Virus record (IMG/VR): IMGVR_UViG_3300044852_000021
Span: 1-41,591 of that record
Origin: a virus
Taxonomy: Duplodnaviria; Caudoviricetes
Reading direction: 5' to 3' (one strand)
DNA: 41,591 nucleotides
The notes under the pieces were generated by a model. It worked only from the letters and a program-made list of their open reading frames with translations, ran no database searches and was not told the origin of the DNA. The translations under genes were made by a program, and so were the position numbers. Numbering within the stretch: position 1 is the stretch's first letter; each line of letters begins with the position of its first letter. This document shows, one piece after another, positions 14,136 to 23,964 of this stretch.

Positions 14136-16613
14136 CTAGGCGTAAGCCTCTGCGGTGAAGTTGTCGAACGTCGGGAGCGTCGCACCGGCCGCGTCGCTCC
14201 TAATGCCAACGCCGGTGCCGGAAACAAGGGCCGCTTCATTAGCCGCAGTGCTGAGCACCTGGGTTCCGTTGTAGTAGGCCTTGATGGTGGTGCCGATGAC
14301 TTCGAGGGTCAACGTGCTGCCCTCAGCAAGCCACTGGTTGTCCAGACCGGCGAGTGAGGTTGTTACGCCCGCAACAACCTTGTACAGCAGGATGTTATTG
14401 GTGGACAGGTTCACGCGGGCCGCGTAGAAGTTGTTGTCGTCCACGCGGCGGACTACCAGACCGGTGGTGGTTGCTGTTCCACGGTTGATGACAACGGACG
14501 CCTTGTGGTTCGGCGTTGACATGGCCGTTGCACTGGACAGGATGCTGATGGTTCCCGATGAGGCGGCGCGGGTCAGCTTGTTGGAGGCGATCTTGAACAG
14601 CGCGTTAGCCGTCCAGATGCCTCCGACAGTTGCAGAGTCGGCCCGGTCAAACGTATCGGCAACAAGCGTCTGCGTGGTGACTGTCAGGCCGGTTGATGCG
14701 GCTGATGCGTTTCCAGCGTCGTCTCTTGCCTTGACTGTGGCAGCGTAGGCTGTGGCTCCGTTCAGCCCCGTAATGGCCGCGCTGGTTCCGGTCACCGTGG
14801 TTTTCAGAACGCCGTCAAGGTAAACGTCGTATGAGGCAACACTGAGGTTGTCTGTGGAGGCCGCCCAGCTAAGCGTGAATGACGTTGCGCCAACGACGGA
14901 TGAAGCTAGCGCCGTCGGAGCCGAGGGTGCCGTAGTGTCTACCAGGCTGATCCAGCCCAGCTCATACTCCCGGTCACCCACGAGTTTGGCTATGATCTGC
15001 CTCGTCGCCAACTGTAGATGAAGCCCGTCCGTGAGCAGGGACGGCGGCACGCGGTCCTCGGATATGGCCGTGGTGTCCGCGCCCGTTGCTGTGATCGCGG
15101 CGTCCGCGAGCCCGTAGGCGATAAGGTAGGGCCGGTAGTCCACGAAGAGGCGACCATATTGGGCTTTCAGCGCCGCGTTGAGGGCGACAACCTTTTGATA
15201 GGTGAGCGTCCCGGACGCTTCGCCCGTGCCGTTGTGCACGCCGACGATGATGAACCGTTTTTGGGCTGCCCGCAGGTAGGCAACTTTTGCCGCATATGCC
15301 GCCAGCACGCGATTGACGGCGGTGGTGACGTCTTCGGCGGAGGTCACCATATTGTTGCGCCCGTATTGAAGGACGTGAATGTCGCCTCGGTGAGCTTCGG
15401 CGAAATCCACGTAGAAGGCTGCGGGTCGCGTAATGGTTATTGCCGTGCCTGCTGTTGCGCGGGTGAACGTGTAGTAGTCGTCCACTTGGTGCGAGGTTGA
15501 TGCACCAGAGGGCTGGGTGAGTGTTAGTGTCCCGCGAACGTAGGAGCCTCCGGGGAGTTTGATCGCCCCGACGAGTGTCTGACCCAGTGCGGGATTACCG
15601 TTCGTCTGGAGAAGCGGGTAGGCGGTGTACCCGGAGGGTGTGGTGAATGTGACGGTCACGCCGCCGGATGTGGGGATGGTGCCGCCGGCGGGGAGCATCT
15701 GGAAGGGCATGGCATTGGTCCGGGCCGCGATACCTTCAGCCGTTTCTCCGCCAACCGCGTCCGTCCGCACGGTCTGAAGCGTGTAGGCGGCCAAGTAGCC
15801 TGCCGGATTCGTTGACGTGCTGCCGCCTTGAGCGGACAGGGAATCGCCCTCCCACACAACGCCGGGGCCACTGGCGGCGATCCCTCCGGCGGCGACGTAG
15901 GCGTCCACCGCATCCACGGCTGCGCTCCGGACTGTACCGTCGGCGGCTAGTTGCGTCGTGACTTCCGCTGCGATGGTCGCAGGCAGCCCCGCAACTGTGG
16001 CATAAGTGGCATTAAGTGCCGCTGCTGCGAGACCCGCTGGAAGGTTCGCTTCCGGCACGCGGGATCCTGAGTCAAGCGGCGCAACACCGGACGCGGTGCC
16101 CTTCTGTGACGCGTCGAGCTTGGACGCGTCGGCGGGCAGGTATGCGGAGATGGCGTCAGCGAGGGGTGCGGCACCAACAGCGCCGGTCACGCCAGCAACG
16201 GAAGTAACGGGCACAATCGGCGCGCTGACGGGGAGGCCAATGCTTCCGCCCGGCAGATTATCGAAGTCAACAACATCCTGCCCCAACACGGGCTGCCAGT
16301 TTTTGCGGACGGTCTTGACAGCGGATCCGAAGATGGTTTTCCGCGTCACAACATACGCCCACATCGTGAACGTGTTGCCCGCCTGATCAGTAAAGCCTGT
16401 CTGATCCACGAACGGCGCCGTCAGGGATCCCGGCATGCCAGCGCCCGGGGTGACAGTCTCGGCGAAGTCATCAATCGGCTCACCCGTCGCGGACCAGACA
16501 ACGCCGGCCGTGGACTGAACCGTGACCTCAGTCCGGGTGGCAGCGTTGCCGAGGAAGGTAAGAGGGTTGCTGAAGGTCAGCGTAGCTAGCTGCACCCCGG
16601 CTGGGTAGGTCAT
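14136..16613 (-). CDS. SGNH/GDSL esterase + fibronectin type III + lectin-like domain protein, probable secondary tail spike
   Basis: WEGDSLS, QYGRNN and TDGLH; DTTAPSAPT...LSWAASTDN...YDVY...VKARDDAGN (FN3); DTFDRAD beta-sandwich. Confidence 0.8.
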   Translation of the reverse strand: MTYPAGVQLATLTFSNPLTFLGNAATRTEVTVQSTAGVVWSATGEPIDDFAETVTPGAGMPGSLTAPFVDQTGFTDQAGNTFTMWAYVVTRKTIFGSAVKTVRKNWQPVLGQDVVDFDNLPGGSIGLPVSAPIVPVTSVAGVTGAVGAAPLADAISAYLPADASKLDASQKGTASGVAPLDSGSRVPEANLPAGLAAAALNATYATVAGLPATIAAEVTTQLAADGTVRSAAVDAVDAYVAAGGIAASGPGVVWEGDSLSAQGGSTSTNPAGYLAAYTLQTVRTDAVGGETAEGIAARTNAMPFQMLPAGGTIPTSGGVTVTFTTPSGYTAYPLLQTNGNPALGQTLVGAIKLPGGSYVRGTLTLTQPSGASTSHQVDDYYTFTRATAGTAITITRPAAFYVDFAEAHRGDIHVLQYGRNNMVTSAEDVTTAVNRVLAAYAAKVAYLRAAQKRFIIVGVHNGTGEASGTLTYQKVVALNAALKAQYGRLFVDYRPYLIAYGLADAAITATGADTTAISEDRVPPSLLTDGLHLQLATRQIIAKLVGDREYELGWISLVDTTAPSAPTALASSVVGATSFTLSWAASTDNLSVASYDVYLDGVLKTTVTGTSAAITGLNGATAYAATVKARDDAGNASAASTGLTVTTQTLVADTFDRADSATVGGIWTANALFKIASNKLTRAASSGTISILSSATAMSTPNHKASVVINRGTATTTGLVVRRVDDNNFYAARVNLSTNNILLYKVVAGVTTSLAGLDNQWLAEGSTLTLEVIGTTIKAYYNGTQVLSTAANEAALVSGTGVGIRSDAAGATLPTFDNFTAEAYA

Positions 16614-16615
16614 GG

Positions 16616-16876
16616 TTACTCCTTGTCAGGGGCGAGGAACGGGGCGAAGCGACGGATAAGGTCATCCACTGCGGGTAGGGCCATCACGCGGGTAATGCCG
16701 GCGGCTACGGTCAGGGAAGTTGCCGCCCACTCAATGCCGGGGTCGATCCCTGCGGCCTGGATGATCAGGGCCCATGAGGCTGCTAGTCCGACCAGGAACG
16801 CGAAGGCGGTACGGACGGTAGCGCGCCACGGATAGGCCGTCTGGGTGGACTGTGGGGCAGCGTGGTCGCCCATCAC
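16616..16876 (-). CDS. Holin
   Basis: Two TM helices, PWRATVRT...GITRVMALP; directly after the endolysin. Confidence 0.8.
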   Translation of the reverse strand: MMGDHAAPQSTQTAYPWRATVRTAFAFLVGLAASWALIIQAAGIDPGIEWAATSLTVAAGITRVMALPAVDDLIRRFAPFLAPDKE

Positions 16877-17652
16877 TTCACCAGCCGTTTCGCCAGTTCG
16901 TCAGCGACCTGCTTGGCGATGCCGGCGGGGATGGATGCGGCGATGTCAGCGGGGCTCGCGTTGTCAACGATGAGCTGCTGAGTCACGCGGCCCACAGCTT
17001 CAACCTGCTTCTGAGTGTTGAAGTTGATCGAGTCGCGGGCGGCGTCGATGGCCTCCTGCGCGATCTTGCGCGTTGCCGCGTGCTTCGCCTCATTGGCGGT
17101 GTTGACTTCGTTGATGATGCGTTCAACATCTGCTGCTGACAATTCGTCCTCCTGGGGTGTGATGGTGCCTTGCGGGTTGATGCCGGCGCGGGGTCTGATG
17201 TAGCCGATTAGCCCCGTCTTGGGCAGGGCTTGGATCGTTGCGGGGCCGGTCGAGTCGTTGGGGTACGGGTTGCCCGGCTGAGCCGGTGTGCTGTTCTGAG
17301 ACATGCACGTCAGGAGCCCGCCATCCCTCACGACGACGGCCACATGCGTCTTGGGGTAGTACCAGTACGAGTCGCCCCACACGGCGATGTCGCCACCCTG
17401 CGCGGCGGCGTGCGGCGGCAGGAGCTCGTATGCCGCGGCAATCTCCGCGCTCTGCGGGAAGGCGTCGACCATGTTGCCAGCCCAGCCGGGCCAGCGGCCG
17501 GTGCCCCAGGTGCTGATCTTGGGCAAGCCTAGGGAGATCGACCAGTGCGCCGCGAGGTCCCAGCACTGCGCGCCGGCGGCACCGTCCACGTTGATGTACT
17601 GGCCCTGAACCTGCGGCATCCACAAGCCGAGGTGTTGCTGGATGTCGGTCAT
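16873..17652 (-). CDS. Endolysin, CHAP domain with a helical C-terminal domain
   Basis: DGAAGAQCWDL, GDIAVWG, THVAVV and MSQN. Confidence 0.85.
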   Translation of the reverse strand: MTDIQQHLGLWMPQVQGQYINVDGAAGAQCWDLAAHWSISLGLPKISTWGTGRWPGWAGNMVDAFPQSAEIAAAYELLPPHAAAQGGDIAVWGDSYWYYPKTHVAVVVRDGGLLTCMSQNSTPAQPGNPYPNDSTGPATIQALPKTGLIGYIRPRAGINPQGTITPQEDELSAADVERIINEVNTANEAKHAATRKIAQEAIDAARDSINFNTQKQVEAVGRVTQQLIVDNASPADIAASIPAGIAKQVADELAKRLVK

Positions 17653-17660
17653 GGCGACTC

Positions 17661-17948
17661 CTAGTCGTAGAGGCCGTCAGGCCATACGGGCGGCGGGGGA
17701 GGGTTGCCGTCCTCGATGTGGCGGCGCAGCTTGTTTATGTAGTCGTCGCGGATCCGTTCGCGGCGTTGCGCTTTCGTCTGCTCAGATTCGAGCGAGCCGA
17801 TGCGGGACGAGTGGCGGGCGAGTTCTTCCTGCAACTGGTCAATAAGTGCGTTCTCAGGCCTGCCCCTGTTTTGCATTTTCGCCACAAGGACGGCAACAGC
17901 AGCGGCAATGACACCCGTGACGTAAGGCCCGGCAACAGCCCAATCCAT
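17661..17948 (-). CDS. Membrane-anchored coiled-coil lysis-cassette protein
   Basis: N-terminal TM helix, coiled coil, C-terminal PPPPPVWP. Confidence 0.75.
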   Translation of the reverse strand: MDWAVAGPYVTGVIAAAVAVLVAKMQNRGRPENALIDQLQEELARHSSRIGSLESEQTKAQRRERIRDDYINKLRRHIEDGNPPPPPVWPDGLYD

Positions 17949-18421
17949 TACTTGCCACCCGGCTGCCCGTGAAGCATGTCCTGGAGTGCGTTGACCTTCA
18001 GCAGAAATCCGAAGATGAACACGGCAGGCGCGATCCAACCGATAGCGGCGTTCACTAGTTGGAAGTCTTGGAACCCGGTAGCGCCCCAGATGATGAGGTA
18101 TCCGGTGCCCCACGCGAACGACGTACCCACGAGGACGGACAGGCCGTGGCGGGTGTGCCGGTTCACCATGTCAGTCACACAGAAGACCAGCACGAGGCCC
18201 CAGAGCGCCGACCAGATGCCGAGCGCGTTCCCGTTCGCCGTGATGATTTGCTGAGCCCCAGAGAGTGAATTAGGACCTATGGTGGCGTAGTAGATGGACT
18301 GACGTAGGGCGTACAGTGCGCCCATTGTCAGGATGATATTCCGGCCGATCACAACCCGTCGCCGGGCGCTTATATCACGCAATTGGTCCGCCCCTTCAGG
18401 GGTAGTGTGTATTTCACCCAT
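17948..18421 (-). CDS. Four-TM membrane protein, holin-like
   Basis: Four hydrophobic segments; AGGAGG RBS. Confidence 0.8.
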   Translation of the reverse strand: MGEIHTTPEGADQLRDISARRRVVIGRNIILTMGALYALRQSIYYATIGPNSLSGAQQIITANGNALGIWSALWGLVLVFCVTDMVNRHTRHGLSVLVGTSFAWGTGYLIIWGATGFQDFQLVNAAIGWIAPAVFIFGFLLKVNALQDMLHGQPGGK

Positions 18422-18459
18422 CCGGGCGGCCTCCTATAAGGCTTGTTCATGCGTGGGTA

Positions 18460-18493
18460 GTGTGGCCCCGGCTGTGATGAGTCGGGGCCACAC
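18460..18493. terminator. Strong hairpin between the tail and lysis genes
   Basis: GTGTGGCCCCGGCT-N6-AGTCGGGGCCACAC; no U tract on the minus strand. Confidence 0.5.
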
Positions 18494-18495
18494 GT

Positions 18496-19167
18496 TTAGA
18501 CGGCGTAGTAGTCGGCGAGGGATGCCACGCACGCGGACACTGCCGCGTCTGAGTGGGCGGTCGGGAACACGGCGACGTCGTACACGGCGCCGGCGTAGTA
18601 GAGCGACGTGGACCGGGCAACCTGGAGCAGGGTGGCACTGAAGCCGGCCCCGGTCAGGGTGAACGGCGAACGGACCCCGTCAAGGTTGATCGTGCCCGTG
18701 GTCGCGGACGTGAGCGTGATCCCGAAGACGTGCCGCTTGCCTGCCACGATGCTGTTACTGCTGTACGCGTTCGTTCCCGTCGCGCCGATCCGCAGCTTGC
18801 CGGTGTCGATGCAGACGTTGCCGATGCCGAAGTTTAGGATCACCTGAAGGGAGCCGGGCACGGTGTCCACTTGGACCACGCCGTAGATGGTCAGCGGCGC
18901 CGATGCTGTCATGGACCGGGCGAGGAAGTCATTGCTGCCGTCGAAGACTGCCTTGACGTGCTGCCCGTCCAGTGTCGCGGTGGGCTGTGACCCGGACGTG
19001 GCCTGCACCAGCGACTCGCCCGCCTCCTCATCCGTCCACGTGCTGACCGGGCCCGGGATGAGCTGATCCCCGGCATACCGGAACGTCGGAACCGCCGAGG
19101 TGAAGTCCGGGATATAGACGGGCAGGGTGCTGTCAAAGTTGGTGTAGACGTTGCTGATGATAGCCAT
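18496..19167 (-). CDS. Minor tail protein, LamG/concanavalin-like fold
   Basis: VSTWTD, VFDGSNDFL, INLDG and YAGAVYDVAVF. Confidence 0.7.
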   Translation of the reverse strand: MAIISNVYTNFDSTLPVYIPDFTSAVPTFRYAGDQLIPGPVSTWTDEEAGESLVQATSGSQPTATLDGQHVKAVFDGSNDFLARSMTASAPLTIYGVVQVDTVPGSLQVILNFGIGNVCIDTGKLRIGATGTNAYSSNSIVAGKRHVFGITLTSATTGTINLDGVRSPFTLTGAGFSATLLQVARSTSLYYAGAVYDVAVFPTAHSDAAVSACVASLADYYAV

Positions 19168-21656
19168 TAGTTGCCTCCGTTGAATCGGGCGAACCCGGTA
19201 ATGTGCCCGGTCATTGCCTGACGGGTGCCGGTCGTTGCGAACTTCCCGGCCACGGTGTCCGAGTGGTAGACAGCGGCGCCGGCTGCGATGCTTGTTCCCT
19301 CGATGCCGGGGACTTGGTCGGTGGACTGCATGGTCCCGGATCGCAGGATGCGTCCCTGCTTGCCGGGCGGGATCGCTTCGAGCGCGATACCAATAAAGTC
19401 CGTGACCGGTGATGCGGTGCCCATGATCTTCGCCCCGCCGGCCGTGTCCTTAGCGACTGCCTGGAAGCGCCCGATGCCGACGGTGCCGGTGTTGGTCATC
19501 GTCACCTGCCTGTCAGGGAACGACGGGTAGTTCTCGCCCTGCGCCACCGCGTACTCGGTCGCCGTGCCAGCGGATCCGAGCGCGGTGTTGATGATGGTGA
19601 GGATGTCAGCGTTCGTCATGGCGGTGTAGTCGGCGTTCAGGACGATGTTCACCGGGGCCCCGCCGTCAATGGTGACGGTGAGCGTGAGGCTCCCAGCAGT
19701 GAGGTTACCCAACCTGCGGCCGAGGGTGTTGTTAACCGTCGTGTTGTTGAGCTGGCCCACGAGAAGCCCGCTAATGTCGAACTGCCCGAAGCTGTAGCCC
19801 TTGAGCCCGCCGCCACCGTCGCGCTCCGTGGAAACACCGAACAACCGGTCTGCACCAGTGCCGGATACGCGCACGGTTGAGACAGTGCCGGTGGATGCTG
19901 ACTCGATCTTGAGCGCCTTGCCCCGGACGCCCGTAGTGAAGCCGATAGGCGTCGTACCTGTGACCGTGACGCGGATCTGGGAGCGGTCGGCGGGCTGGTT
20001 CGGCAGGGTGGTGGCCCAACCGGTGTCCGTTTCGCGGATCCGGTTCACGTTGACCTCGGAGCCGTTGATGTTGACCCGCGACGACTGCCCGGACCCGAGC
20101 GGCTGAATAAGGATCTGCCCGTCAGTGGAGCGCGTGAGGATGCGGCAGTTGATCAGGTCATGGTTGATCGGCTTGGCAAAGTCCGCGTTGTCGTGGACAT
20201 ACCAGCCGTCAATCCGGGAAACGAAGGTGACGTTCTCGAAGCGCTGGTACACGCCGGAGCTGGAGCCGTAGCCCCACGCCCGGTCAGAGGCCCACACGGT
20301 TGAGGACAGCAGCCCGGAACCGGGGTTAGCGTCGCGCCAGGTCTTCGCATCCTCGTTGCCGAAGTGTTCGATGCGGCAGTTGACGATGTCGTGCCGGGCG
20401 TCTGGTGCCCCGCCGAACGCCTCAGCATGCACCGGGTAGCGGCCGTTCCGCATGGTGATCGTCAGGTTCTCCAGCCGTGCCGTCTTCTGCAACCACAGCG
20501 TGCTCGTGTTATCAATGACGGCGTCGGTGGCGCTGTCCACGTTCGAGCCGCGGAGGATGCACTTGTCCCGGTCGGTGCCGCGAATCGTGACGCCTTCCTT
20601 CACCGTCCAGTCGGTGTCCGTGTAGACGCCGGGGTAGACGATGATTTCGCAGGTCCCACCACTGCCAGCCACGAACGCGGCGTTGGCTGCCTTCGGAGTC
20701 AGGTAGTCCCCGGTACCGTCAGGCTTTACCGTGTACGTCGTCTTCGTTGCGCCTGCCATGCGGGCTTTCCAGCGGTCAAGGATCCACTGCGGCACGAGTC
20801 CGCGCTGATCGATTTCGTTCTCAGCCCGGCGCTGGTGAACATCGATCATGCCGGACGAGACGCGGCGGCTCATCGAGTACGCCGCACCCTCCCGGGCCGA
20901 GTACTCGAATCCACGGTAGGCGCGGTAACGGCCCTCCTCCGTGATGCCGCCGATGACGCGGGAGCCCGGCCCGAGGTCAATCTTGACCATGTCCCCGAGC
21001 CACGCCTGATTGCCAAGCGACTTCGGCAGGCCCGTCATGGGATTGATCAGGCGGGAGTCAACAACGTTGAGCCGGCCGTCCTGCTCAGTGTTCTTCGCCT
21101 CAACCACACTGAGGCGCCCGTCCTGGGCCGCGTTCTTGGTTTCCGCGACGTTGAGGCGCCCGTCCTGCTCAGTGTTCTTCGAGTCGGCATTGTCTACCCT
21201 GACGCCGAGCGCAGTGTCTGCCGCAACGAGCGTCACGTCCTTGGCAACGAGCGCGTCAATGGCGGCCTGCTGAAGCGCGTTACCAGGCGTGCCCGGGTCG
21301 CCCTTCGTGATGATCCTCGTCGGCGTGACGAGGGCGATCATGGAAGCAATAGCCCCGCCGCCAGTCGGGACAACAATCCGCCAGCTCGGGGTGACGCTCC
21401 GGTTGATGCCCTTCGACTGCCAATTGACCGTCAGCTTGTACGGGGCATAAGGGTTCGTGTCCGCGGTCGGATGCAAGTCCACACTGAAAGACCCGCCACT
21501 ATCCGGAATGACAGTGATCGGCTCGTCCGGGATCAGCGTCCCCGAGCCGGCGGTAACAAGATCACCGTCAAGCTCGAACACCAACTCAGGCGAGCGGTTG
21601 CCCAGACTGACAAGGCTAAGATCCTTGAGCGAACCCGTTACGGTGGCGAGTGCCAT
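19167..21656 (-). CDS. Tail fibre/spike with a pectin-lyase-like beta-helix, putative depolymerase
   Basis: YTVKPDGTGDYLT...IIVYPGVY...VTIRGTD...LENLTI; coiled-coil repeats; GGAGG RBS before ATG 21656. Confidence 0.75.
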   Translation of the reverse strand: MALATVTGSLKDLSLVSLGNRSPELVFELDGDLVTAGSGTLIPDEPITVIPDSGGSFSVDLHPTADTNPYAPYKLTVNWQSKGINRSVTPSWRIVVPTGGGAIASMIALVTPTRIITKGDPGTPGNALQQAAIDALVAKDVTLVAADTALGVRVDNADSKNTEQDGRLNVAETKNAAQDGRLSVVEAKNTEQDGRLNVVDSRLINPMTGLPKSLGNQAWLGDMVKIDLGPGSRVIGGITEEGRYRAYRGFEYSAREGAAYSMSRRVSSGMIDVHQRRAENEIDQRGLVPQWILDRWKARMAGATKTTYTVKPDGTGDYLTPKAANAAFVAGSGGTCEIIVYPGVYTDTDWTVKEGVTIRGTDRDKCILRGSNVDSATDAVIDNTSTLWLQKTARLENLTITMRNGRYPVHAEAFGGAPDARHDIVNCRIEHFGNEDAKTWRDANPGSGLLSSTVWASDRAWGYGSSSGVYQRFENVTFVSRIDGWYVHDNADFAKPINHDLINCRILTRSTDGQILIQPLGSGQSSRVNINGSEVNVNRIRETDTGWATTLPNQPADRSQIRVTVTGTTPIGFTTGVRGKALKIESASTGTVSTVRVSGTGADRLFGVSTERDGGGGLKGYSFGQFDISGLLVGQLNNTTVNNTLGRRLGNLTAGSLTLTVTIDGGAPVNIVLNADYTAMTNADILTIINTALGSAGTATEYAVAQGENYPSFPDRQVTMTNTGTVGIGRFQAVAKDTAGGAKIMGTASPVTDFIGIALEAIPPGKQGRILRSGTMQSTDQVPGIEGTSIAAGAAVYHSDTVAGKFATTGTRQAMTGHITGFARFNGGN
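21061..21185 (-). repeat. Three 42-bp (14-aa) tandem coding repeats
   Basis: KNTEQDGRLNVAET / KNAAQDGRLSVVEA / KNTEQDGRLNVVDS. Confidence 0.85.
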
Positions 21657-21737
21657 GTGCTGCCTCCTGGGCATGGGAATGAAGGCCCGGGGGCCTTAGG
21701 GGTTTTAATTGGGGGCGCGGGCCGCTACACTCACGAC

Positions 21738-22058
21738 ATGGGGAAAATTGGGGGACTCGTTCTTATCGCCGCACTCGCGCTCACCGGATGCTCGGCGGAA
21801 CCGGCAAGCACCACGCCTGCCGCCGAGCCGGTCGTCAGCGTCACTACCGTAAAGAGCGATCTAGTCGTCATGCGGGACGCCACGGATGCCACGATTCAGG
21901 CAATGGCTAATAGCATCTGCAAGCTCTACGCGAGCGGCAAGTCAGACGCCGAAGTAACCGCCCTCGTGATCGCCGCCAGCGCCAACGTTCAGATCGGCGA
22001 CGACGGGCTCAAGGTTGCACGCGCCGCCGTCAAGACTCAGTGCCCCGAGTTCGGCTAA
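21738..22058 (+). CDS. Lipoprotein moron, possible superinfection exclusion protein
   Basis: Lipobox LALTGC; TACACT 6 nt before the ATG (leaderless); opposite strand to the tail genes; IC...QCP pair as in DUF732-like proteins. Confidence 0.8.
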   Translation: MGKIGGLVLIAALALTGCSAEPASTTPAAEPVVSVTTVKSDLVVMRDATDATIQAMANSICKLYASGKSDAEVTALVIAASANVQIGDDGLKVARAAVKTQCPEFG

Positions 22059-22786
22059 GCGGTAGAGATAAAGAAGTTCCCGCTAGAGTCTGCGTAGACA
22101 TTCGCCGGGGATGCCGTCGTGGGTAGCGTCCCAACCTGAAGCTTGCCAGTGACGCCGACAATTCCGTCAGCCTGAAGCGCTACGATGTTTGCCGCGGGCG
22201 TGCCGAATGATGCGCCATATGAGGTCACGCCGACTACGGCGCTGCCCATTTGCAGGCCAATTCCGCCGGATGCGTTGGAGAGTTTTGCCCCGGTGCTGAA
22301 GCTAATCCCGCCGCCATCCGTCGCCGGGTCGAGGGTCATTGCTGAACCAACCTTGACCTTGCCGGTCGTCACGTTGAGGTCGTTCTTCAAAGTAGTGACG
22401 CCCTCGACTGAGAGCGTGCCCGTGGTCTTCATCGGGCCGTTGACTGTGAAGTCTCCGGTCACCGTCGTATTGCCCGTGATGTCAGTGACGCCATTGATAT
22501 GAGTAGGGCCGTTGAGTTTGGTGTCACCCGTGAACGTGGTCGGCCCGGACTGAGTAAACGTGCCCGTGAAGGCGATAGTCCCATCGGCCTGAAGTGTTCC
22601 CGTGATGGTCGCCGTACCAGTGACGGACAGCCCGCCGTTCGTTATTCGGATCACGCCGCCGTCGTATACCTCGATGCCATCACGCCCGATAGCCGTGTTG
22701 TTCACCGGGGAGGCGCGTTCCAGGCGTTCAATCCGCCGCAGAAGGTCAGGCACCTGTGAGTCGTTCAGGTTGTCGAACTTAGCCAT
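22055..22786 (-). CDS. Minor tail protein with beta-helix-like Gly/Thr repeats
   Basis: LLRRIERLERAS N-terminus followed by repeated VTG/ITG units. Confidence 0.8.
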   Translation of the reverse strand: MAKFDNLNDSQVPDLLRRIERLERASPVNNTAIGRDGIEVYDGGVIRITNGGLSVTGTATITGTLQADGTIAFTGTFTQSGPTTFTGDTKLNGPTHINGVTDITGNTTVTGDFTVNGPMKTTGTLSVEGVTTLKNDLNVTTGKVKVGSAMTLDPATDGGGISFSTGAKLSNASGGIGLQMGSAVVGVTSYGASFGTPAANIVALQADGIVGVTGKLQVGTLPTTASPANVYADSSGNFFISTA

Positions 22787-22794
22787 GCCGCCTC

Positions 22795-23868
22795 CTAGGT
22801 TGACTGGAATTCAAGATGGACATTCAGGGAAAGGTCGCCCGAGTATTCGAGGAGCCGCGATGACCGCCAGCCCGGAGCCAAGAAAAGATCATCCTTGACA
22901 TGCCAGTTGACCGTCCCGCCGAGGCTGAGCTGGTTCACGCTGAAATCCTCATCCATCTGCACATCCATCGAGACTTGCTCGGTGGCATGAGAGAACTTGG
23001 CGAGGTCAGCGCGGGCGCGTGCGGCAAGGTTCGCTTGCACCTTCTCGTCCTTATAGCTGACAACCTTGTCCAAAGGCAGGAAGTCCGAGGTGCCCGAACC
23101 GTCAGCGACGGACAGCAGCATCTTCTTTTCCGAACCCTCACCAACAGCGGCGATCCGATTAGCCATGCCCGTACCATCACGGCGCACCTTCAAACCCGAA
23201 GCCGTAGACAGTGGCGTGTCCAGCATCCATGACCACGTGCCCGAGGTCAGGTTGCCCGCCTGGAGCACCCATTCAATCGAGCCCGAGTCAGTCCACCGCG
23301 GCGCCAAATCCATATCCGGCGCGTTCTCAGTGGACGTGACGTCGTCAAGGATGCTCGCCACGGTCGGCAAATTCCACGGATCATACGAACGGTTAGACCC
23401 ACCCGACGAATCCGCCGGCAACACAATCGGCAGGTTGAAACGGGCCGCATCGTTCTGACCCTGATAGATCGCCTGCTTGATGAGGTTCGACAGCGACACG
23501 CTCGAATAGGTGAGGCCAGGTCGCGCCTGAACCCCATCGCTCAGAATGTCCGCCATGACACGCCGCGAGAACAGACTGTAAATATCCTCGTGCGTGACCG
23601 ACACCGAACCCGAATCACGATCAACGCTGTAGCCCGTAATGAACCCGGCGTAAATGATCACACCGTAAAAATCCATGACGATCAGGCGTTTCCACGGGGC
23701 AAGGTTCGTTTCCGTCGCCGTGTCAGCAACGAACGGATCGCGCACCTTGAACTCGGTGCTACCACCCTTGCCCGAACCCAACGCCCGCGCCCAAGTGGAC
23801 GCGGACGGGGTCAGTTCAATCTTCGACGTCCAGTTAGACGTACTCACAGAGAACACACGCCAAGCCAT
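22795..23868 (-). CDS. Minor tail protein (baseplate hub/Tal-like)
   Basis: IYAGFITG and ANRIAAVGEG; position downstream of Dit. Confidence 0.8.
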   Translation of the reverse strand: MAWRVFSVSTSNWTSKIELTPSASTWARALGSGKGGSTEFKVRDPFVADTATETNLAPWKRLIVMDFYGVIIYAGFITGYSVDRDSGSVSVTHEDIYSLFSRRVMADILSDGVQARPGLTYSSVSLSNLIKQAIYQGQNDAARFNLPIVLPADSSGGSNRSYDPWNLPTVASILDDVTSTENAPDMDLAPRWTDSGSIEWVLQAGNLTSGTWSWMLDTPLSTASGLKVRRDGTGMANRIAAVGEGSEKKMLLSVADGSGTSDFLPLDKVVSYKDEKVQANLAARARADLAKFSHATEQVSMDVQMDEDFSVNQLSLGGTVNWHVKDDLFLAPGWRSSRLLEYSGDLSLNVHLEFQST

Positions 23869-23890
23869 AATGCTCCCCTGCTAGTTATTT

Positions 23891-23926
23891 AGGGTGTTGA
23901 CAGGGTGTATATACACCCTGTAGATT
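23891..23926 (+). promoter_or_regulatory. Promoter with a 22-bp perfect palindromic operator
   Basis: TTGACA(23897)-18bp-TAGATT(23921); ACAGGGTGTATATACACCCTGT at 23900-23921; extra half-site AGGGTGT at 23891. Confidence 0.85.
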
Positions 23927-23964
23927 CTTCTTATCGGAACAAGCCGAAGACGGAAGGCAAGACA

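Noticed and set aside
21061-21185. Repeats as a CRISPR array or diversity-generating retroelement template
   Set aside because: In-frame coiled-coil repeats without spacers; no cas or reverse transcriptase gene in the genome
20364-21737. 564-aa + strand ORF 20364..22058
   Set aside because: Shadow of the tail spike gene; only the last 106 codons (lipoprotein from ATG 21738) look real
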